Source: Eledone cirrhosa (taxonomy: Eukaryota). From it: a DNA stretch of 64,000 nt. The first letter of the stretch is position 1; the number at the start of each line of letters is the position of its first letter. The notes under the pieces were generated by a model that saw nothing but the letters and a program-made list of their open reading frames with translations, searched no databases and had not been told where the DNA came from. Positions 40,101-56,300 of the stretch are shown piece after piece. The stretch is from NCBI GenBank assembly GCA_964016885.1, contig OZ024740.1:41664001-41728000 (forward strand), written 5' to 3'. A program made the position numbers and the translations under genes.

Positions 40101-43100
40101 GGTGCATGACACACCTGTCCATAGACTGGTGCATGACACACCTGTCTATAGACTGGTGCATGACACACCTGTCCATAGACTGGTGCATGACACACCTATC
40201 CATAGACTGGTGCATGACACACCTGTCCATAGACTGGTGCATTACACACCTGTCCATAGACTGGTGCATGACACACCTGTCTATAAACTGGTGCATGACA
40301 CACCTGTCCATTGACTGGTGCATGACACACCTGTCCATAGACTGGTGCATGACACACCTGTCCATAGACTGGTGCATGACACACCTATCCATAGACTGGT
40401 GCATGACACACCTGTCCATAGACTGGTGCATGACACACCTGTCCATAGACTGGTGCATGACACACCTATCCATAGACTGGTGCATGACACACCTGTCTAT
40501 AGACTGGTGCATGACACACCTATCCATAGACTGGTGCATGACACACCTATCCATAGACTGGTGCATGACACACCTATACATAGACTGGTGCATGACACAC
40601 CTATCCATAGACTGGTGCATGACACACCTGTCCATAGACTGGTGCATGACACACCTGTCCATACACTGGTGCATGACACACCTGTCTATAGACTGGTGCA
40701 TTACACACCTATCCATAGACTGGTGCATGACACACCTATCCATAGACTGGTGCATGACACACCTATCCATAGACTGGTGCATGACACACCTGTCCATAGA
40801 CTGGTGCATGACACACCTATACATAGACTGGTGCATGACACACCTATCCATAGACTGGTGCATGACACACCTGTCCATAGACTGGTGCATGACACACCTG
40901 TCCATACACTGGTGCATGACACACCTGTCTATAGACTGGTGCATGACACACCTATCCATAGACTGGTGCATGACACACCTATCCATAGACTGGTGCATGA
41001 CACACCTATCCATAGACTGGTGCATGACACACCTGTCCATAGACTGGTGCATGACACACCTGTCCATACACTGGTGCATGACACACCTGTCTATAGACTG
41101 GTGCATTACACACCTATCCATAGACTGGTGCATGACACACCTATCCATAGACTGGTGCATGATACACCTATCCATAGACTGGTGCATGACACACCTGTCC
41201 ATAGACTGGTGCATGACACACCTGTCCATTGACTGGTGCATGACACACCTGTCCATAGACTGGTGCATGACACACCTGTCTATAGACTGGTGCATTACAC
41301 ACCTATCCATAGACTGGTGCATTACACACCTGTCCATAGACTGGTGCATTACACACCTGTCCATAGACTGGTGCATGACACACCTATCCATAGAATGGTG
41401 CATGAGACACCTATCCATAGACTGGTGCATTACACACCTGTCCATAGACTGGTGCATGACACACCTGTCCATAGACTGGTGCATGACACACCTATCCATA
41501 GACTGGTGCATGACACACCTATCCATAGACTGGTGCATGACACACCTATCCATAGAATGGTGCATGAGACACCTATCCATAGACTGGTGCATGACACACC
41601 TATCCATAGACTGGTGCATGACACACCTGTCCATAGACTGGTGCATGACACACCTGTCCATAGACTGGTGCATGACACACCTATCCATAGACTGGTGCAT
41701 GACACACCTATCCATACACTGGTGCATGACACACCTGTCCATAGACTGGTGCATGACACACCTATCCATAGACTGGTGCATGACACACCTCTCCATAGAC
41801 TGGTGCATGACACACCTGTCTATAGACTGGTGCATGACACACCTATCCATAGACTGGTGCATGACACACCTGTCCATAGACTGGTGCATGACACACCTGT
41901 CCATAGACTGGTGCATGACACACCTATCCATACACTGGGGCATGACACACCTGTCCATAGACTGGTGCATGACACACCTATCCATAGACTGGTGCATGAC
42001 ACACCTGTCCATAGACTGGTGCATTACACACCTGTCCATAGACTGGTGCATGACACACCTATCCATACACTGGGGCATGACACACCTGTCCATAGACTGG
42101 TGCATGACACACCTATCCGTAGACTCGTGCATGACACACCTGTCCAGAGACTGGTGCATGACACACCTGTCCATAGACTGGTGCATGACACACCTGTCCA
42201 TAGACTGGTGCATGACACACCTATCCATACACTGGGGCATGACACACCTGTCCATAGACTGGTGCATGACACACCTATCCATAGACTGGTGCATGACACA
42301 CCTGTCCATAGACTGGTGCATTACACACCTGTCCATAGACTGGTGCATGACACACCTATCCATACACTGGGGCATGACACACCTGTCCATAGACTGGTGC
42401 ATGACACACCTATCCGTAGACTCGTGCATGACACACCTGTCCAGAGACTGGTGCATGACACACCTGTCCATAGACTGGTGCATGACACACCTGTCCATAG
42501 AATGGTGCATTACACACCTATCCATAGACTGGTGCATGACACACCTGTCCATAGACTGGTGCATGACACACCTGTCTATAGACTGGTGCATGACACACCT
42601 ATCCATACACTGGGGCATGACACACCTGTCCATAGACTGGTGCATGACACACCTATCCATAGACTGGTGCATGACACACCTGTCCATAGACTGGTGCATT
42701 ACACACCTGTCCATAGACTGGTGCATGACACACCTATCCATACACTGGGGCATGACACACCTGTCCATAGACTGGTGCATGACACACCTATCCGTAGACT
42801 CGTGCATGACACACCTGTCCAGAGACTGGTGCATGACACACCTGTCCATAGACTGGTGCATGACACACCTGTCCATAGACTGGTGCATGACACACCTATC
42901 CATACACTGGGGCATGACACACCTGTCCATAGACTGGTGCATGACACACCTATCCATAGACTGGTGCATGACACACCTGTCCATAGACTGGTGCATTACA
43001 CACCTGTCCATAGACTGGTGCATGACACACCTATCCATACACTGGGGCATGACACACCTGTCCATAGACTGGTGCATGACACACCTATCCGTAGACTCGT

Positions 43101-46100
43101 GCATGACACACCTGTCCAGAGACTGGTGCATGACACACCTGTCCATAGACTGGTGCATGACACACCTGTCCATAGAATGGTGCATTACACACCTATCCAT
43201 AGACTGGTGCATGACACACCTGTCCATAGACTGGTGCATGACACACCTGTCTATAGACTGGTGCATGACACACCTATCCATACACTGGGGCATGACACAC
43301 CTGTCCATAGACTGGTGCATGACACACCTATCCATAGACTGGTGCATGACACACCTGTCCATAGACTGGTGCATTACACACCTGTCCATAGACTGGTGCA
43401 TGACACACGTGTCCATAGAATGGTGCATTACACACCTATCCATAGACTGGTGCATGACACACCTATCCATAGACTGGTGCATGACACACCTGTCCATAGA
43501 CTGGTGCATGACACACCTATCCGTAGACTCGTGCATGACACACCTGTCCAGAGACTGGTGCATGACACACCTGTCCATAGACTGGTGCATGACACACCTG
43601 TCCATAGACTGGTGCATTACACACCTGTCCATAGAATGGTGCATGACACACCTATCCAGAGACTGGTGCATTACACACCTATCCATAGACTGGTGCATGA
43701 TACACCTGTCCATAAACTGCTGCATTACACACCTGTCCATAGACTGGTGCATGACACACCTATCCATACACTGGTGCATGACACACTTGTCCATAGACTG
43801 GTGCATGACACACCTGTCCATACACTGGTGCATGACACACCTATCCATAGACTGGTGCATTACACACCTGTCCATAGACTGGTGCATGACACACCTATCC
43901 ATAGACTGGTGCATGACACACCTATCCATAGACTGGTGCCTGACACACCTATCCATAGACAGGTGCATGACACACATATCCATAGACTGGTGCATGATAC
44001 ACCTGTCCATAGACTGGTGCATGACACACCTGTCCATAGACTGGTGCATGACACACCTGTCCATAGACTGCTGCATTACACACCTATCCATAGACTGGTG
44101 CATGACACACCTGTCCATAGACTGCTGCATTACACACCTATCCATAGACTGGTGCATGACACACCTGTCCATAGACTGGTGCATGACACACCTATCCATA
44201 GACTGGTGCATGATACACCTGTCCATAGACTGGTGCATGACACACCTGTCCATAGACTGGTGCATTACACACCTATCCATAGACTGGTGCATGACACACC
44301 TGTCCATAGACTGGTGCATGACACACCTGTCCATAGACTGGTGCATTACACACCTGTCCATAGACTGGTGCATGACACACCTGTCCATAGACTGGTGCAT
44401 GACACACCTGTCCATAGACTGGTGCATGACACACCTGTCCATAGACTGGTGCATGACACACCTGTCCATAGACTGGTGCATGACACACCTATCCATAGAC
44501 TGGTGCATGACACACCTGCCCATAGTCTGGTGCATGACACACCTGTCCATAGACTGGTGCATGACACACCTGTCCATAGACTGGTGCATGACACACCTAT
44601 CCATAGACTGGTGCATGACACACCTGTCCATAGACTGGTGCATGACACACCTATCCATAGACTGGTGCATTTCACACCTATCCATCGACTGGTGCATGAC
44701 ACACCTGTCCATAGACTGGTGCATGACACACCTATCCATAGACTGGTGCATGACACACCTGTCCATAGACTGGTGCATGACACACCTGTCCATAGTCTGG
44801 TGCATGACACACCTGTCCATAGACTGGTGCATGACACACCTGTCCATAGACTTGTGCATGTAACACCTATCCATAGATTGGTGCATGACACACCTGTCCA
44901 TAGTCTGGTGCATGACACACCTGTCCATAGACTGGTGCATGACACACCTGTCCATAGACTTGTGCATGTAACACCTATCCATAGATTGGTGCATGACACA
45001 CCTGTCCATAGTCTGGTGCATGACACACCTGTCCATAGACTGGTGCATGACACACCTGTCCATAGACTTGTGCATGTAACACCTATCCATAGATTGGTGC
45101 ATGACACACCTGTCCATAGTCTGGTGCATGACACACCTGTCCATAGACTGGTGCATGACACACCTGTCCATAGACTTGTGCATGTAACACCTATCCATAG
45201 ACTGGTGCATGACACACCTGTCCATAGACTGGTGCATGACACACCTATCCATAGACTGGTGCATTACACACCTATCTATAGACTGGTGCCTGACACACCT
45301 GTCCATAGACTGGTGCATGACACACCTGTCCATAGACTGGTGCATGACACACCTATCCATAGACTGGTGCATGACACACCTATCCATAGACTGGTGCATG
45401 ACACACCTATCCATAGACTGGGGCATGACACAGCTCTCCATAGACTGGTGCATGACACACCTATCCATAGACTGGTGCATTACACACCTATCTATAGACT
45501 GGTGCCTGACACACCTGTCCATAGACTGGTGCATGACACACCTGTCCATAGACTGGTGCATGACACACCTATCCATAGACTGGTGCATGACACACCTGTC
45601 CATAGACTGGTGCATGACACACCTATCCATAGACTGGTGCATGACACACCTCTCCATAGACTGCTGCATGACACACCTGTCCATAGACTGGTGCATGACA
45701 CACCTATCCATACACTGGGGCATGACACACCTGTCCATACACTGGTGCATGACACACCTATCCATAGACTGGTGCATGACACACCTATCCATACACTGGG
45801 GCATGACACACCTATCCATAGACTGGTGCATGACACACCTGTACATAGACTGGTGCATGACACACCTGTCCATAGACTGGTGCATTACACACCTGTCCAT
45901 AGACTGGTGCATTACACACCTGTCCATAGAATGGTGCATTACACACCTATCCATAGACTGGTGCATGACACACCTGTCCATAGACTGGTGCATGACACAC
46001 CTGTCCATAGACTGGTGCATGACACACATATCCTTAGACTGGTGCATGACACACCTATCCATAGACTGGTGCATGACACACCTATCCATAGACTGGTGCA

Positions 46101-49100
46101 TGACACACCTGTCCATAGACTGGTGCATGACACACCTATCCATAGACTGGTGCATGACACACCTATCCATAGACTGGTGCATTACACACCTATCCAGAGA
46201 CTGGTGCATGACACACCTATCCAGAGACTGGTGCATGACACACCTGTCCATAGACTGGTGCATGACACACCTATCCAGAGACTGGTGCATTACAGACCTG
46301 TCCATAGACTGGTGCATGACACACCTATCCATAGACTGGTGCATTACACACCTATCCATAGACTGGTGCATGACACACCTATCCATAGACTGGTGCATTA
46401 CACACCTGTCCATAGACTGGTGCAAGACACACCTGTCCATAGACTGGTGCATGACACACCTGTCCATAGACTGGTGCATGACACACCTGTCCGTAGACTG
46501 GTGCATGACACACCTATCCAGAGACTGGTGCATGACACACCTATCCAGAGACTGGTCCATTACACACCTATCCATAGACTGGTGCATTACACACCTGTCC
46601 ATAGACTGGTGCATGACACACCTGTCCATAGACTGGTGCATGACACACCTATCCATAGACTGGTGCATGACACACCTGTCCATAGACTGGTGCATGACAC
46701 ACCTATCCAGAGACTGGTGCATGACACACCTGTCCATAGACTGGTGCATGACACACCTATCCAGAGACTGGTGCATGACACACCTGTCCATACACTGGTG
46801 CATTACACACCTGTCCATACACTGGTGCATTACACACCTGTCCATAGACTGGTGCATGACACACCTGTCCATAGACTGGTGCAGGACACACCTATCCATA
46901 GACTGGTGCATTACACACCTGTCCATAGACTGGTGCATGACACACCTATCCAGAGACTGGTGCATGACACACCTGTCCATACACTGGTGCATTACACACC
47001 TGTCCATACACTGGTGCATTACACACCTGTCCATAGACTGGTGCATGACACACCTGTCCATAGACTGGTGCATGACACACCTATCCATAGACTGCTGCAT
47101 TACACACCTGTCCATAGACTGGTGCATGACACACCTGTCCATAGACTGGTGCATGACACACCTGTCCATAGACTGGTGCATGACACACCTGTCCATAGAC
47201 TGGTGCATGACACACCTGTACATAGACTGGTGCATGACACACCTGTACATAGACTGGTGCATGACACACCTATCCATAGACTGGTGCATTACACACCTGT
47301 CCATAGACTGGTGCATGACACACCTATCCATAGACTGGTGCATGACACACCTGTCCATAGACTGGTGCATGACACACCTGTCCATAGACTGGTGCATGAC
47401 ACACCTGTCCATAGACTGGTGCATGAAACACCTGTCCATAGACTGGTGCATGACACACCTGTCCATAGACTGGTGCATGACACACCTGTACATAGACTGG
47501 TGCATGACACACCTGTACATAGACTGGTGCATGACACACCTATCCATAGACTGGTGCATTACACACCTGTCCATAGACTGGTGCATGACACACCTGTCCA
47601 TAGACTGGTGCATGACACACCTGTCCATAGACTGGTGCATGACACACCTGTACATAGACTGGTGCATGACACACCTATCCATAGACTGCTGCATTACACA
47701 CCTGTCCATAGACTGGTGCATGACACACCTATCCAGAGACTGGAGCATTACACACCTGTCCATAGACTGGTGCATGACACACCTGTCCATAGACTGGTGC
47801 ATGACACACCTGTCCATAGACTGGTGCATGACACACCTGTCCATAGAACGGTGCATGACACACCTATCCATAGACTGGTGCATGACACACCTGTCCATAG
47901 ACTGCTGCATTACACACCTGTCCATAGACTGGTGCATGACACACCTATCCATAGACTGCTGCATTACACACCTGTCCATAGAATGGTGCATGACACACCT
48001 ATCCATACACTGGTGCATGACACACCTGTCCATAGACTGGTGCATGACACACTTGTCCATAGACTGGTGCATGACACACCTGTCCATACACTGGTGCATG
48101 ACACACCTATCCATACACTGGTGCATGACACACTTGTCCATAGACTGGTGTATGACACACCTGTCCATAGACTGGTGCATGACACACCTGTCCATAGACT
48201 GGTGCATGACACACCTATCCATAGACTGGTGCATGACACACCTGTCCATAGACTGGTGCATGACACACCTATCCATAGACTGGTGCATGACACACCTGTC
48301 CATAGACTGGTGCATGACACACCTATCCATACACTGGTGCATGACACACCTGTCCATAGACTGGTGCATGACACACCTATCCATAGACTGGTGCATTTCA
48401 CACCTATCCATCGACTGGTGCATGACACACCTGTCCATAGACTGGTGCATGACACACCTATCCATAGACTGGTGCATGACACACCTATCCATCGACTGGT
48501 GACTGACACACCTATCCATAGACTGGTGCATTTCACACCTATCCATCGACTGGTGCATGACACACCTGTCCATACACTGGTGCATGACACACCTGTCTAT
48601 AGACTGGTGCATGACACACCTGTCCATAGACTGGTGCATTACACACCTGTCCATAGACTGGTGCATGACACACCTGTCTATAGACTGGTGCATGACACAC
48701 CTGTCCATAGACTGGTGCATTACACACCTGTCCATACACTGGTGCATGACACACCTGTCTATAGACTGGTGCATGACACACCTGTCCATAGACTGGTGCA
48801 TTACACACCTGTCCATAGACTGGTGCATGACACACCTGTCTATAGACTGGTGCATGACACACCTGTCCATAGACTGGTGCATTACACACCTGTCCATACA
48901 CTGGTGCATGACACACCTGTCTATAGACTGGTGCATGACACACCTGTCCATAGACTGGTGCATTACACACCTGTCCATACACTGGTGCATGACACACCTG
49001 TCCATAGACTGGTGCATGACACACCTGTCCATAGACTGGTGCATGACACACCTATCCATACACTGGTGCATGACACACCTATCCATACACTGGGGCATGA

Positions 49101-50339
49101 CACACCTATCCATAGACTGGTGCATGACACACCTGTACATAGACTGGTGCATGACACACCTGTCCATAGACTGGTGCATTACACACCTGTCCATAGACTG
49201 GTGCATTACACACCTGTCCATAGACTGGTGCATGACACACCTATCCAGAGACTGGTGCATGACACACCTATCCAGAGACTGGTGCATTACACACCTATCC
49301 AGAGACTGGTGCATGACGCACCTATCCATAGACTGGTGCATGACACACCTATCCAGAGACTGGTGCATTACACACCTATCCAGAGACTGGTGCATGACAC
49401 ACCTATCCATAGACTGGTGCATGACACACCTATCCAGAGACTGGTGCATTACACACCTATCCAGAGACTGGTGCATGACACACCTATCCAGAGACTGGTG
49501 CATGACACACCTATCCATAGACTGGTGCATGACACACCTATCCAGAGACTGGTGCATTACACACCTATCCAGAGACTGGTGCATGACACACCTATCCAGA
49601 GACTGGTGCATTACACACCTGTCCATAGACTGGTGCATGACACACCTATCCATAGACTGGTGCATGACACACCTATCCAGAGACTGGTGCATGACACACC
49701 TATCCAGAGACTGGTGCATGACACACCTATCCAGAGACTGGTGCATGACACACCTGTCCATAGACTGGTGCATGACACACCTATCCATAGACTGGTGCAT
49801 GACACACCTATCCATAGACTGGTGCATGACACACCTGTCCATAGACTGGAGCATTACACACCTGTCCATAGACTGGTGCATGACACACCTATCCATAGAC
49901 TGGGGCATGACACACCTGTCCATAGACTGGTGCATGACACACCTATCCATAGACTGGTGCATGACACACCTGTCCATAGACTGGTGCATTACACACCTGT
50001 CCATAGACTGGTGCATGACACACCTATCCATAGACTGGTGCATGACACACCTGTCCATAGACTGGTGCATGACGCACCTATCCATAGACTGGTGCATGAC
50101 ACACCTGTCCATAGACTGGTGCATGACACACCTATCCAGAGACTGGTGCATTACACACCTATCCATAGACTGGTGCATGACACACCTGTCCATAGACTGG
50201 TGCATGACGCACCTATCCATAGACTGGTGCATTACACACCTGTCCATAGACTGGTGCATGACACACCTATCCAGAGACTGGTGCATGACACACCTATCCA
50301 TAGACTGGTGCATGACACACCTGTCCATACACTGGTGCA

Positions 50340-53300
50340 TTACACACCTGTCCATAGACTGGTGCATTACACACCTGTCCATAGACTGGTGCATTACACA
50401 CCTGTCCATAGACTGGTGCATTACACACCTGTCCATAGACTGGTGCATTACACACCTATCCAGAGACTGGTGCATGACACACCTATCCATAGACTGGTGC
50501 ATGACACACCTGTCCATACACTGGTGCATTACACACCTATCCATAGACTGGTGCATTACACACCTGTCCATAGACTGGTGCATGACACACCTATCCAGAG
50601 ACTGGTGCATGACACACCTATCCATAAACTGGTGCATGACACACCTGTCCATACACTGGTGCATTACACACCTGTCCATAGACTGGTGCATTACACACCT
50701 GTCCATAGACTGGTGCATTACACACCTATCCAGAGACTGGTGCATGACACACCTATCCATAGACTGGTGCATGACACACCTGTCCATACACTGGTGCATT
50801 ACACACCTGTCCATAGACTGGTGCATTACACACCTGTCCATAGACTGGTGCATGACACACCTATCCATAGACTGGTGCATGACGCACCTATCCATAGACT
50901 GGTGCATGACACACCTATCCAGAGACTGGTGCATTACACACCTATCCATAGACTGGTGCATTACACACCTGTCCATAGACTGGTGCATGACACACCTATC
51001 CAGAGACTGGTGCATGACACACCTATCCAGAGACTGGTGCATGACACACCTGTCCATACACTGGTGCATTACACACCTGTCCATAGACTGGTGCATTACA
51101 CACCTGTCCATAGACTGGTGCATTACACATCTGTCCATAGACTGGTGCATGACACACCTATCCAGAGACTGGTGCATGACACACCTGTCCATACACTGGT
51201 GCATGACACACCTATCCATAGACTGGTGCATGACACACCTGTCCATACACTGGTGCATGACACACCTGTCCATAGACTGGTGCATGACACACCTATCCAT
51301 AGACTGGTGCATGACACACCTGTCCATACACTGGTGCATGACACACCTGTCCATAGACTGGTGCATGACACACCTATCCATAGACTGGTGCATGACACAC
51401 CTGTCCATAGACTGGTGCATGACACACCTATCCATAGACTGGTGCATGACACACCTGTCCATACACTGGTGCATGACACACCTGTCCATAGACTGGTGCA
51501 TGACACACCTGTCCATAGACTGGTGCATGACACACCTATCCATAGACTGGTGCATGACACACCTGTCCATAGACTGGTGCATGACACACCTGTCCAGAGA
51601 CTGGTGCATGACACACCTGTCCATAGACTGGTGCATGACACACCTGTCCATAGACTGGTGCATTACACACCTGTCCATAGACTGGTGCATGACACACCTG
51701 TCCATAGACTGCTGCATTACACACCTGTCCATAGACTGGTGCATGACACACCTATCCATACACTGGTGCATGACACACTTGTCCATAGACTGGTGCATGA
51801 CACACCTGTCCATACACTGGTGCATGACACACTTATCCATAGACTGGTGCATTACACACCTGTCCATAGACTGGTGCATGACACACCTATCCATAGACTG
51901 GTGCATGACACACCTATCCATAGACTGGTGCCTGACACACCTATCCATAGACAGGTGCATGACACACCTATCCATAGACTGGTGCATGACACACCTATCC
52001 ATAGACTGGTGCATGACACACCTATCCATAGACTGGTGCATGACACACCTGTCCATAGACTGGTGCATGACACACCTATCCATAGACTGGTGCATGATAC
52101 ACCTGTCCATAGACTGGTGCATGACACACCTGTCCATAGACTGGTGCATGACACACCTGTCCATAGACTGCTGCATTACACACCTATCCATAGACTGGTG
52201 CATGACACACCTGTCCATAGACTGCTGCATTACACACCTATCCATAGACTGGTGCATGACACACCTGTCCATAGACTGGTGCATGACACACCTATCCATA
52301 GACTGGTGCATGATACACCTGTCCATAGACTGGTGCATGACACACCTGTCCATAGACTGGTGCATTACACACCTATCCATAGACTGGTGCATGACACACC
52401 TGTCCATAGACTGGTGCATGACACACCTGTCCATAGACTGGTGCATGACACACCTGTCCATAGACTGGTGCATGACACACCTGTCCATAGACTGGTGCAT
52501 GACACACCTGTCCATAGAATGGGGCATGACACACCTATCCATAGACTGGTGCATGATACACCTGTCCATAGACTGGTGCATGACACACCTGTCCATAGAC
52601 TGGTGCATTACACACCTATCCATAGACTGGTGCATGACACACCTGTCCATAGACTGGTGCATGACACACCTGTCCATAGACTGGTGCATTACACACCTAT
52701 CCATAGACTGGGGCATGACACACCTGTCCATAGACTGGTGCATGACACACCTATCCATAGACTGGTGCATGACACACCTGTCCATAGACTGGTGCATGAC
52801 ACACCTATCCATAGACTGGTGCATGACACACCTGTCCATAGACTGGGGCATGACACACCTGTCCAGAGACTGGTGCATGACACACCTGTCCATAGACTGC
52901 TGCATGACACACCTGTCCATAGACTGGTGCATGACACACCTGTCCATAGACTGGTGCATTACACACCTGTCCATAGACTGGTGCATTACACACCTGTCCA
53001 TAGACTGGTGCATTACACATCTGTCCATAGACTGGTGCATTACACACCTATCCAGAGACTGGTGCATGACACACCTATCCATAGACTGGTGCATGACACA
53101 CCTGTCCATACACTGGTGCATTACACACCTATCCATAGACTGGTGCATGACACACCTGTCCATAGACTGGTGCATGACACACCTATCCAGAGACTGGTGC
53201 ATGACACACCTATCCATAAACTGGTGCATGACACACCTGTCCATACACTGGTGCATTACACACCTGTCCATAGACTGGTGCATTACACACCTGTCCATAG

Positions 53301-56300
53301 ACTGGTGTATTACACACCTGTCCATAGACTGGTGCATTACACACCTATCCAGAGACTGGTGCATGACACACCTATCCATAGACTGGTGCATGACACACCT
53401 GTCCATACACTGGTGCATTACACACCTGTCCATAGACTGGTGCATTACACACCTGTCCATAGACTGGTGCATGACACACCTATCCATAGACTGGTGCATG
53501 ACGCACCTATCCATAGACTGGTGCATGACACACCTATCCAGAGACTGGTGCATTACACACCTATCCATAGACTGGTGCATTACACACCTGTCCATAGACT
53601 GGTGCATGACACACCTATCCAGAGACTGGTGCATGACACACCTATCCAGAGACTGGTGCATGACACACCTGTCCATACACTGGTGCATTACACACCTGTC
53701 CATAGACTGGTGCATTACACACCTGTCCATAGACTGGTGCATTACACATCTGTCCATAGACTGGTGCATGACACACCTATCCAGAGACTGGTGCATGACA
53801 CACCTGTCCATACACTGGTGCATGACACACCTATCCATAGACTGGTGCATGACACACCTGTCCATACACTGGTGCATGACACACCTGTCCATAGACTGGT
53901 GCATGACACACCTATCCATAGACTGGTGCATGACACACCTGTCCATACACTGGTGCATGACACACCTGTCCATAGACTGGTGCATGACACACCTATCCAT
54001 AGACTGGTGCATGACACACCTGTCCATAGACTGGTGCATGACACACCTATCCATAGACTGGTGCATGACACACCTGTCCATACACTGGTGCATGACACAC
54101 CTGTCCATAGACTGGTGCATGACACACCTGTCCATAGACTGGTGCATGACACACCTATCCATAGACTGGTGCATGACACACCTGTCCATAGACTGGTGCA
54201 TGACACACCTGTCCAGAGACTGGTGCATGACACACCTGTCCATAGACTGGTGCATGACACACCTGTCCATAGACTGGTGCATTACACACCTGTCCATAGA
54301 CTGGTGCATGACACACCTGTCCATAGACTGCTGCATTACACACCTGTCCATAGACTGGTGCATGACACACCTATCCATACACTGGTGCATGACACACTTG
54401 TCCATAGACTGGTGCATGACACACCTGTCCATACACTGGTGCATGACACACCTATCCATAGACTGGTGCATTACACACCTGTCCATAGACTGGTGCATGA
54501 CACACCTATCCATAGACTGGTGCATGACACACCTATCCATAGACTGGTGCCTGACACACCTATCCATAGACAGGTGCATGACACACCTATCCATAGACTG
54601 GTGCATGACACACCTATCCATAGACTGGTGCATGACACACCTATCCATAGACTGGTGCATGACACACCTGTCCATAGACTGGTGCATGACACACCTATCC
54701 ATAGACTGGTGCATGATACACCTGTCCATAGACTGGTGCATGACACACCTGTCCATAGACTGGTGCATGACACACCTGTCCATAGACTGCTGCATTACAC
54801 ACCTATCCATAGACTGGTGCATGACACACCTGTCCATAGACTGCTGCATTACACACCTATCCATAGACTGGTGCATGACACACCTGTCCATAGACTGGTG
54901 CATGACACACCTATCCATAGACTGGTGCATGATACACCTGTCCATAGACTGGTGCATGACACACCTGTCCATAGACTGGTGCATTACACACCTATCCATA
55001 GACTGGTGCATGACACACCTGTCCATAGACTGGTGCATGACACACCTGTCCATAGACTGGTGCATGACACACCTGTCCATAGACTGGTGCATGACACACC
55101 TGTCCATAGACTGGTGCATGACACACCTGTCCATAGAATGGGGCATGACACACCTATCCATAGACTGGTGCATGATACACCTGTCCATAGACTGGTGCAT
55201 GACACACCTGTCCATAGACTGGTGCATTACACACCTATCCATAGACTGGTGCATGACACACCTGTCCATAGACTGGTGCATGACACACCTGTCCATAGAC
55301 TGGTGCATTACACACCTATCCATAGACTGGGGCATGACACACCTGTCCATAGACTGGTGCATGACACACCTATCCATAGACTGGTGCATGACACACCTGT
55401 CCATAGACTGGTGCATGACACACCTATCCATAGACTGGTGCATGACACACCTGTCCATAGACTGGGGCATGACACACCTGTCCAGAGACTGGTGCATGAC
55501 ACACCTGTCCATAGACTGCTGCATGACACACCTGTCCATAGACTGGTGCATGACACACCTGTCCATAGACTGGTGCATTACACACCTGTCCATAGACTGG
55601 TGCATGACACACCTATCCATAGACTGGTGCATGACACACCTGTCCATAGACTGGTGCATGACACACCTATCCATAGACTGGTGCATGACACACCTGTCCA
55701 TAGACTGGGGCATGACACACCTGTCCATAGACTGGTGCATGACACACCTATCCATAGACTGGTGCATGACACACCTATCCATAGACTGGTGCATGACACA
55801 CCTGTCCATAGACTGGTGCATGACACACCTATCCATAGACTGGTGCATGACACACCTGTCCATAGACTGGGGCATGACACACCTGTCCATAGACTGGTGC
55901 ATGACACACCTATCCATAGACTGGTGCATGACACACCTGTCCATAGACTGGTGCATGACACACCTGTCCATAGACTGGTGCATTACACACCTATCCATAG
56001 ACTGGTGCATGACACACCTGTCCATAGACTGGTGCATGACACACCTGTCCATAGACTGGTGCATGACACACCTGTCCATAGACTGGTGCATGACACACCT
56101 ATCCATAGACTGGTGCATGACACACCTGTCCATAGAATGGGGCATGATACACCTGTCCAGAGACTGGTGCATGACACACCTGTCCATAGACTGGTGCATG
56201 ACACACCTGTCCATAGACTGGTGCATTACACACCTGTCCATAGACTGGTGCATTACACACCTATCCATAGACTGGTGCATGACACACCTGTCCATAGACT